DNA of 41,519 nucleotides from NCBI RefSeq assembly GCF_001194135.2, contig NC_068982.1, positions 179,513,815 through 179,555,333 on the forward strand, read 5' to 3'. Each line of letters starts with the position of its first letter. The stretch's first letter is position 1. Shown here in pieces: positions 35,185-41,519 of this stretch. Origin of the DNA: Octopus bimaculoides (taxonomy: Eukaryota). Both the position numbers and the translations under genes were made by a program. The notes under the pieces were generated by a model that worked only from the letters and a program-made list of their open reading frames with translations, was not told the DNA's origin and searched no databases.

Positions 35185-35960
35185 GGTTTCTGTACTTTTG
35201 CAGCTGCTCTTTGCAAGTGCTGCAGTGTGAGATGTATGCCCACGACACTGAATTCCCAATCTTCACAGCTATAGAAGAGTAGGCTTGGTATACAGTGACC
35301 TTTGTGGAAGAATAGAAACTCATGTTCTGAAAATCTGCATTGCAGTTTCCCAAAGGTAGTCGACAAACGTTTTATGCGATCTTGGATGTAATCATCAATG
35401 CAGTCATTCTCGGAATGATGGCATTACTAACAGCTGTCCACCAGCAACAATGAAAAGAAACAGATCGGCTGAGAATCTAGCAATCCAATGGCATGTCATT
35501 TTTATCGCGGAGGTTATTACTGTTATTCCTATCCTAGCGTTACTCCTATTCACATCGCCACGCCACAAGATGGCCAGTGTGACGATTCTCTCCAGTATAT
35601 TCTACAATAGCACTGTCATCTTCACACCGCGGCTCCAAGACACAATATCTATAGAGTTTGGTGGGGTTCTTTTTTTCTTTTTTTAGTCTCTTAATGTTAT
35701 TGAGGTTACCTTCAAGTTTGAAGTCCATTGTCACATCCTTTCAGTTTTTTCGTTTTGGAGATGTCTGAATAAACAGGGAGAATATGTTAAAGAATACTGG
35801 TGCTATCACGCACCCATTCTTCACTCGCGCACGATTTCCGTTGAGTTCATCACGTGTAATTAATTACATCGAGACAGATGCATTGTTTGATAATTTCATA
35901 ACAAAGTCATTGCATCACATGCCAATTCGCGATCAGTAAATTCGCTCTCATGCTTTTTTT
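35185..35960 (-). mobile_element. Degraded RTE-clade LINE RT (domains 4-7 and downstream)
   Basis: VKNGCVIAPVFFNIF, MDFKLEGNLNNIKRLK, CEDDSAIVEYT (FADD equivalent), IDDYIQDRIKRLSTTFGKL, STKVTVYQA and IPSLLFYSCEDW occur in RTE/BovB motif order. Confidence 0.85.
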
Positions 35961-37573
35961 GTGTGGAGAGTAAATACATCGGTAAACATTATTTCAAGCT
36001 TTTGTTTGCAGATTAAAAACTGCATTTCATTTTCAATGAACAAAAATTAACGACATAAAAAAAATGTTAATATCTAATTTACACAATTTAAAGAAAACCA
36101 TTGTGACTTAAATATAGATTCACAAAAAAAAAAAATTGCTAAGATTTTATAACATTTTAAGAAAACAAAATATGAACAATACCGCTTAGATAATGCAATA
36201 TTTTGTGATTTTGATAATTATTGACAACCTGTTGAATTCTCGCGGCACTATCTTGTTACGATGTTGGAATTTTATCGCACCGTCAATACATTGTTCTTTT
36301 TCGAGATTTCTAAAAATTTCCATGTTTTTTATTTATCTTTTATTTTATCTTTATTTATTTATTTTGTCTGAATTTCTTTAGCATTGCTAGTGAAATACAA
36401 TGTATTTACTTGCAAATAAAACCTTCAAATAATGTTTACTCCGTACATAAAAAAAATTGTAAGTAATGTTTAACGATGTATTAGTTCTCTGAATAAAAAT
36501 GTGTTTTTACTCTGCTTGTGTATTTACTCTGACTGAAATTTGGCTTCAGACCGGGCAGCAATGTCAATGTTATAGTACCTTAACTCATCAGAAAGTAAAA
36601 CATTTTCCGGAAGGACCATCAAAGATGCCATATCAATCCACCAGAGATTATAAGTTCTATATTTCCAGTCTTAGGTCGTATTATTTATTATTTCGACCTG
36701 GAATGACCTTATGTGACAACTTATCTAAATCAGTGAATGAAGGAGTAAAATTGGGTTACATTTTCTAGGCCCTTCCCTATTTGGAATGAAGAGTTTTCTT
36801 CCTTAACGGGGCTGCTCAATCGTGCAGGAATTAGTTGATAAACACTCCTTCCATTCATGATTATCTAACAGCGGTCAAATACCTTGCAGGGTTCTGTATA
36901 AGAATTCTCCACCTACATGTACGTGTTACCACTGCCACACACTTCATCACTATCAAACTTCACTTATGAGGTTCAGATCCTATTATTTTTGGTTTTACTT
37001 AAATAGCCGAATAAGGAACAAAAATATCTCACGAAATGTACTATATTATTAGTCCCCTGATGAAGTAACTTCCGGACACAAGTTTCAGGGAATAGCCGAT
37101 CTCATATCATGGCTTCGGGAGATTATCAGATCCGTTGTCTGTTAGGCTCGCCTAAAGGGAACCGCCAGGCATTGTTTTTCTCTTAAAGTGTACTCCATTA
37201 AACTTTGCCATCATGAAAGTACCACCGTTTGTTTGTGGGCTCAAGAAGTTCACGTCTTAACTTACGCTGACAAAAAAAAACAAAAACCGACACAGAGTAT
37301 CTTCACATTAAATTTCGTAATGACAAACTATTATGCAGCACGGGTGTCATTTCCTAAATGTTTGTACTGTTTTAAACTAGCAGAAAACTAGAAAAAAGCA
37401 TCATGGTGACCAAGAAAAACTTTATGGTGACCAACACCGCACATTTTAAGTAAAAGTATTTTTCTCACATATAAATACACGTTCATATGCACATGCATAA
37501 ACATGCATATATGCTTAAGTATGATCATACACATATGCACAAATATACACAAGCGCACTTTAGCAAATTTTAT

Positions 37574-37794
37574 AAACGTGATAATTCCACCTTTTGATTT
37601 ACATACCATATCCTCCATGTTATAAGACAATAGACTGTGATTTCAGGAAATTTTACTGCTAACCACAGCAGTCTAAATGTTAAGAAGTCATTTGCACTGT
37701 AAGGGTTAGCAATAAAATTTCCTGAAATCACAGTCTATTGTCTTATAACATGGAGGATATTATATGTAAATCAACAGGTGGAATTATCACGTTT
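37574..37794. repeat. Long inverted repeat: 91-bp arms (87/91 complementary), 39-nt spacer
   Basis: Arms 37574-37664 and 37704-37794; four mismatches counted by hand. Confidence 0.95.
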
Positions 37795-38241
37795 CACATG
37801 CCTAATCGTAGCCTTGTCGGCTCAGAGCTGACTTTATGTTAAACAACGTAAGCAACAATTAATGAAAACTGGTTATTTGCCAACCCAATACGTTATGTTA
37901 TGTCAATGTACAGAAATATATTTGCTACAATTTACTAGAAGTGCTAAGAGAGATAGAAGTACTGTAAAGAAGTTGTCTGAGGTTGTTCGTAGATTTTAAA
38001 ACTTCTGGTAATCATATGGTACGAAGTGTGTAGGAATATGTCAAAGTCAGTGGTTACCTGGGTGTAGTTCTTTGAAAAGGGAAGTGTGAAATTCGAACAT
38101 AATTAGCTCGATAACATAATTAGCTTGATGTGTTCATTAATTAACAGAGATGAGTGTAAACGAATCATTAATATAAACCACACCATTATATCGTGGAGCT
38201 TAAACTTGACTAGGAGAGACGAACTTTATCATTCTCTTACT

Positions 38242-38498
38242 ATGATGATGATGATGATGATGATGATGGTGATGATGGAGGTGGCGATGACGGTGGTGAG
38301 GATGACGACGGAGATGATGATGATGATGATGATGATGATGACGACGATGATGATGATGGTGATGATGGAGGTGGCGATGACGGTGGTGAGGATGACGACG
38401 GAGATGATGATGATGATGATGATGATGACGACGATGATGATGATGGTGATGATGGAGGTGGCGATGACGGTGGTAAGGATGACGACGGAGATGATGGT
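38242..38498. repeat. 87-90 bp minisatellite built from GAT-derived triplets, 3 copies
   Basis: Anchor gtggcgatgacggtgg at 38281, 38371 and 38458. Confidence 0.92.
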
Positions 38499-39024
38499 AT
38501 GAACCCGGAGTCTATGTGATAAATCTATTCATACATTTAGATAAGTGTTATAAATATTTAACTGCATTAGCTTCTGACACCATTTAAACTAATAAAAGTG
38601 TCTACCATATATAATGTGTTTGCGTGTGTATATATGTACGCACCTGCGTAAGTATATGAATATACAAGAATGTATATGCGCGTCTTTTTGCGTCAGAATG
38701 TTTATATGATTATCGATAATGCAGTATTAGTGGATTGGATATTATCGTGTGCTGAAAATCTAAAAATAATCTAATCTGACTTCTTTAGTGTTCTTTTTTG
38801 TGGTTTTTCATATCCTACCATGTAATCTACATAAAAGCTGTCCTTTAATTTAAAGGCATATTGTCCCCTATTCTGTAAAGAGGAATAGTATCTCATACTT
38901 TGTGGACATAACGTCAATCAATTTATAAATACAGCTTGCCGTATTTTGTATATATATATATATATTAATCAATATTTTTAGAAATATTATTGCATTTTCT
39001 TATACTGTATTCAAAATATGGAAT

Positions 39025-39325
39025 ATTGTATATACAGTCTCCCATATCTTGTAAATACAGTGTCTCAAATTTTGTATACATTTTGTCCCATACAACGTCC
39101 CGTAGTTTGCACACATAATATCCTATAATTTACTGACACGGTGTCCCATAATTTGTATGCATAATGTTCCATAGTTTGTATACGCAGCGTCCCATTCTTT
39201 GTAGGCCTAAATTGAATCCCATATTTTTGTATACATAGTATCTCATATTTTGTAGACATAATTAGTGTCCCATATTTTGTAAGATATATCGTCCCATATT
39301 TATAGGCATAAATAGCGTCTCATGG
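39025..39325. repeat. Degenerate 22-25 bp tandem array (near GTCCCATATTTTGTATACATAAT), about a dozen units
   Basis: Recurring gtcccata...tttgta...cata units. Confidence 0.75.
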
Positions 39326-39330
39326 TTTGA

Positions 39331-39530
39331 ACCATTTTCCTGGCATACAAATCGACTTAGTATATGCATATAGTGTAAACATTCGAATATCGTTACTGTC
39401 TTTCGAAATACTGCTGCATTTCACAAAGAAGTCTTCATCATCCAGAATCGTTTTGTTGTATAAGTCGACCTACTTTTTTTGGTTGTAAATTTTGGTTTGA
39501 AAATTTCGACTTGTATGCCTTAAAATACGG
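39331..39530. mobile_element. Decayed pogo/Tigger-like MITE
   Basis: Left accattttcctggcatacaaatcgac versus reverse-complemented right end accgtattttaaggcatacaagtcga; TA at 39531-32. Confidence 0.5.
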
Positions 39531-39601
39531 TATACAAGGTATCATCCAACATTTTGTCAATTTTCTGGATGTCAGACAAGTTGTGACGTAACCTTTAATA
39601 T

Positions 39602-40155
39602 AGGCGCGGGCGTAATTGTATGGTAAGAAGCTTGCTTTTCGATCATATGGTTCCAGTTTCAGTCCCCCTGCGGGGTATCTAGGGCAAGTGTCTTCTTTAA
39701 TAGCATCAGGCAGACCAAAACCTTGTGAGTAGATTTGATAGACGGAAACTCAAAGAAGCCCGTCATATATTTATATATATATGTGTGTGTGTTTGTGTTT
39801 GTGTGTGTGTGTTTGTGTGTTTGTGTGTGTGTGTGTGCGTGCGTGTGTATCTTTGTGTGTGTGTGTGTGTGTGTGTATGTGTGTGTGTGTGTGTATGTGT
39901 GTGTGTGTGTGTATGTGCGTGTATGTGCGTGTATATCTTAGTACCTATTTTTATCCCCCACCACCGCTTGACAACCAGTGTTAGCATGTTTATGTCCCTG
40001 TAAAGTAAGCGGTTCGGCAAAAGAAACTGACAGAATAAGCGCCAGGCTTTAAAAGCTAGATACTGGAATCGATTCATTCGACTTAAAATTCTTTAAAGTG
40101 GTGCTCCAGCATGGTCGCAGTCTAATGACTGAAACATGTAAGAAATAAAAGACGA
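39602..40155 (+). mobile_element. SINE family B, near full length, with internal (TA)/(TG)n tract
   Basis: Head ggcgcgggcgtaattgtatggtaag...gacggaaactcaaagaagcccgtc, microsatellite about 39766-39935, tail cgcttgacaaccagtg...ggtgctccagcatggtcgcagtctaatgactgaaac. Confidence 0.9.
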
Positions 40156-41299
40156 AAGATAACTCAACGCTGGTACATTCTAAATGTTTTAAATACGAAA
40201 TAGTTGTTGGTTATATTAATTGGGATACATTATTATCGTTGTTACTGATGTTGTTTAATCCTATCCTAGGCCAGCCCTTATCCATCAGATTTATAATCAA
40301 TAATTGTCCAGCTTGGTCGTTTGTCTTTTATTTATTCGGAATTTATCCACTGTTTTTAATAAGACGGTTGAATGTGATTTAAAGTATTTGTGGCTGTTAT
40401 TTCAACATATCATTTTTATTCCTATTTATCGCCCCAGATCAGCACTGATCGAGTAGGCCTATAAAATTAGGTGTTCTAACTGGAACCATCCAATTTTTTT
40501 ATTCACCCACATTGTAATTAAGGCTACATTATCTAAAGTAGCTTCCCTTTTTAACAGGTTAGATTGCTGTTTAAAGTGAATTGGCTGGTGATTACTTCTC
40601 TAATTAAGCGGTGTCCGAATATGTATAAAATGAAGGACAGTATAATCTACAAAGTCACTATTATCTTCAGATTGTTTTTGCAAAGCTTCAGCTTCAATGA
40701 ATTTGGTCATTGTCATTTGACAAACAAACTTAGGATCTGAACGAAGCACTTATTATTGATCTTCAAATAGATTCCTAGATTTGACGAAATCTTTGAGTTT
40801 TTGTAAGGTTTTACTACATCAATCAAGAACTGTTAACAAGCACCAATGTGCTACGACACTTTACAGGTAAATGTGTCTTCAAAATGCCAATTTTTCGGGT
40901 TTCACAGTACAAAATTAATTTTCAATTCTCGTTAGATTTAACGAGTTGATCTACGTTTTTTACTCAATTATTCTCTCTAGAACAATTTTATCGCTTTTAT
41001 AATGAGAATTCATTTCGTTTTGGTACTGAAGTGTATATGAATTGTCTGGTTTGTTTATGATGGGTGGGAATGTGGTAGTTATTTCTTTTTTGATTTTTTT
41101 TACCGATTTCATAAATAGTTTTGTCTAGCAGTCTCTTTGTGTACTTAATATTGATTAAGTTTTGTTTACGCGTGAGGCTTTCTTTTAGTATGGTAAACCA
41201 GCGTCATATTGGAATTGAATATAATTTGCACACTTATTGGTACAATAAATAGTAGATTCCACAAGCTGAAAACACTTGGTGAACTATTTTAAAAATTAG

Positions 41300-41428
41300 A
41301 ATATAAACATTATCAACACGTTACATACATACGTATATACGAAAATACACATATACATGCACATCTATCTATCTATCTACCTCAGTGTGTCTCTCTTGAT
41401 ACACACATGCGTGTACACACATGCGTGT

Positions 41429-41459
<31 letters not shown>

Positions 41460-41474
41460 TATATATATACACAC

Positions 41475-41519
<45 letters not shown>
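41300..41519. repeat. Compound (ATAC)/(TATC)/(CA)/(TA)n microsatellite
   Basis: Direct reading. Confidence 0.9.

Noticed and set aside
37054-37100. cccctgatgaagtaacttccggacacaagtttcaggg as a hammerhead
   Set aside because: GAAA is absent and stem I cannot be formed in register.
38125-38502. Met-rich ORF as a reflectin-like cephalopod protein
   Set aside because: Lacks the Tyr/Arg-rich MDMSGY-type reflectin repeat; fully explained by the GAT minisatellite.
40245-40620. Two diverged direct repeats (about 40265 and 40432)
   Set aside because: Similarity is too low to define boundaries by eye; probably an old dispersed repeat.

Overview
This is AT-rich, microsatellite-dense eukaryotic non-coding DNA with 10 assembly gaps. 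Its repeat families look like those of an Octopus genome; that is my recognition, not a database result. No host protein-coding gene can be supported, and most ORF-track entries are microsatellite or N-run artefacts. The window holds three groups of tRNA-type SINEs, decayed LINEs (CR1/L2-like, RTE-like, and three R4/Dong-like restriction-endonuclease fragments), Penelope-like element (PLE) remnants, a mariner derivative whose 3' end is an inverted copy of its own 5' end, pogo/Tigger-like TIR remnants, minisatellites and long hairpins. The most striking signal is three unrelated families of minimal type-I hammerhead ribozyme motifs at element 3' ends. One has an A6-to-U core in two PLE copies (15673-15708 minus, 27859-27894 plus). 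One has a U4-to-C core inside a perfect 42-bp palindrome (23103-23196). One has a canonical core but a damaged stem II (34768-34813). Ribozyme activity is untested. All peptide assignments were made by eye from degraded frames.
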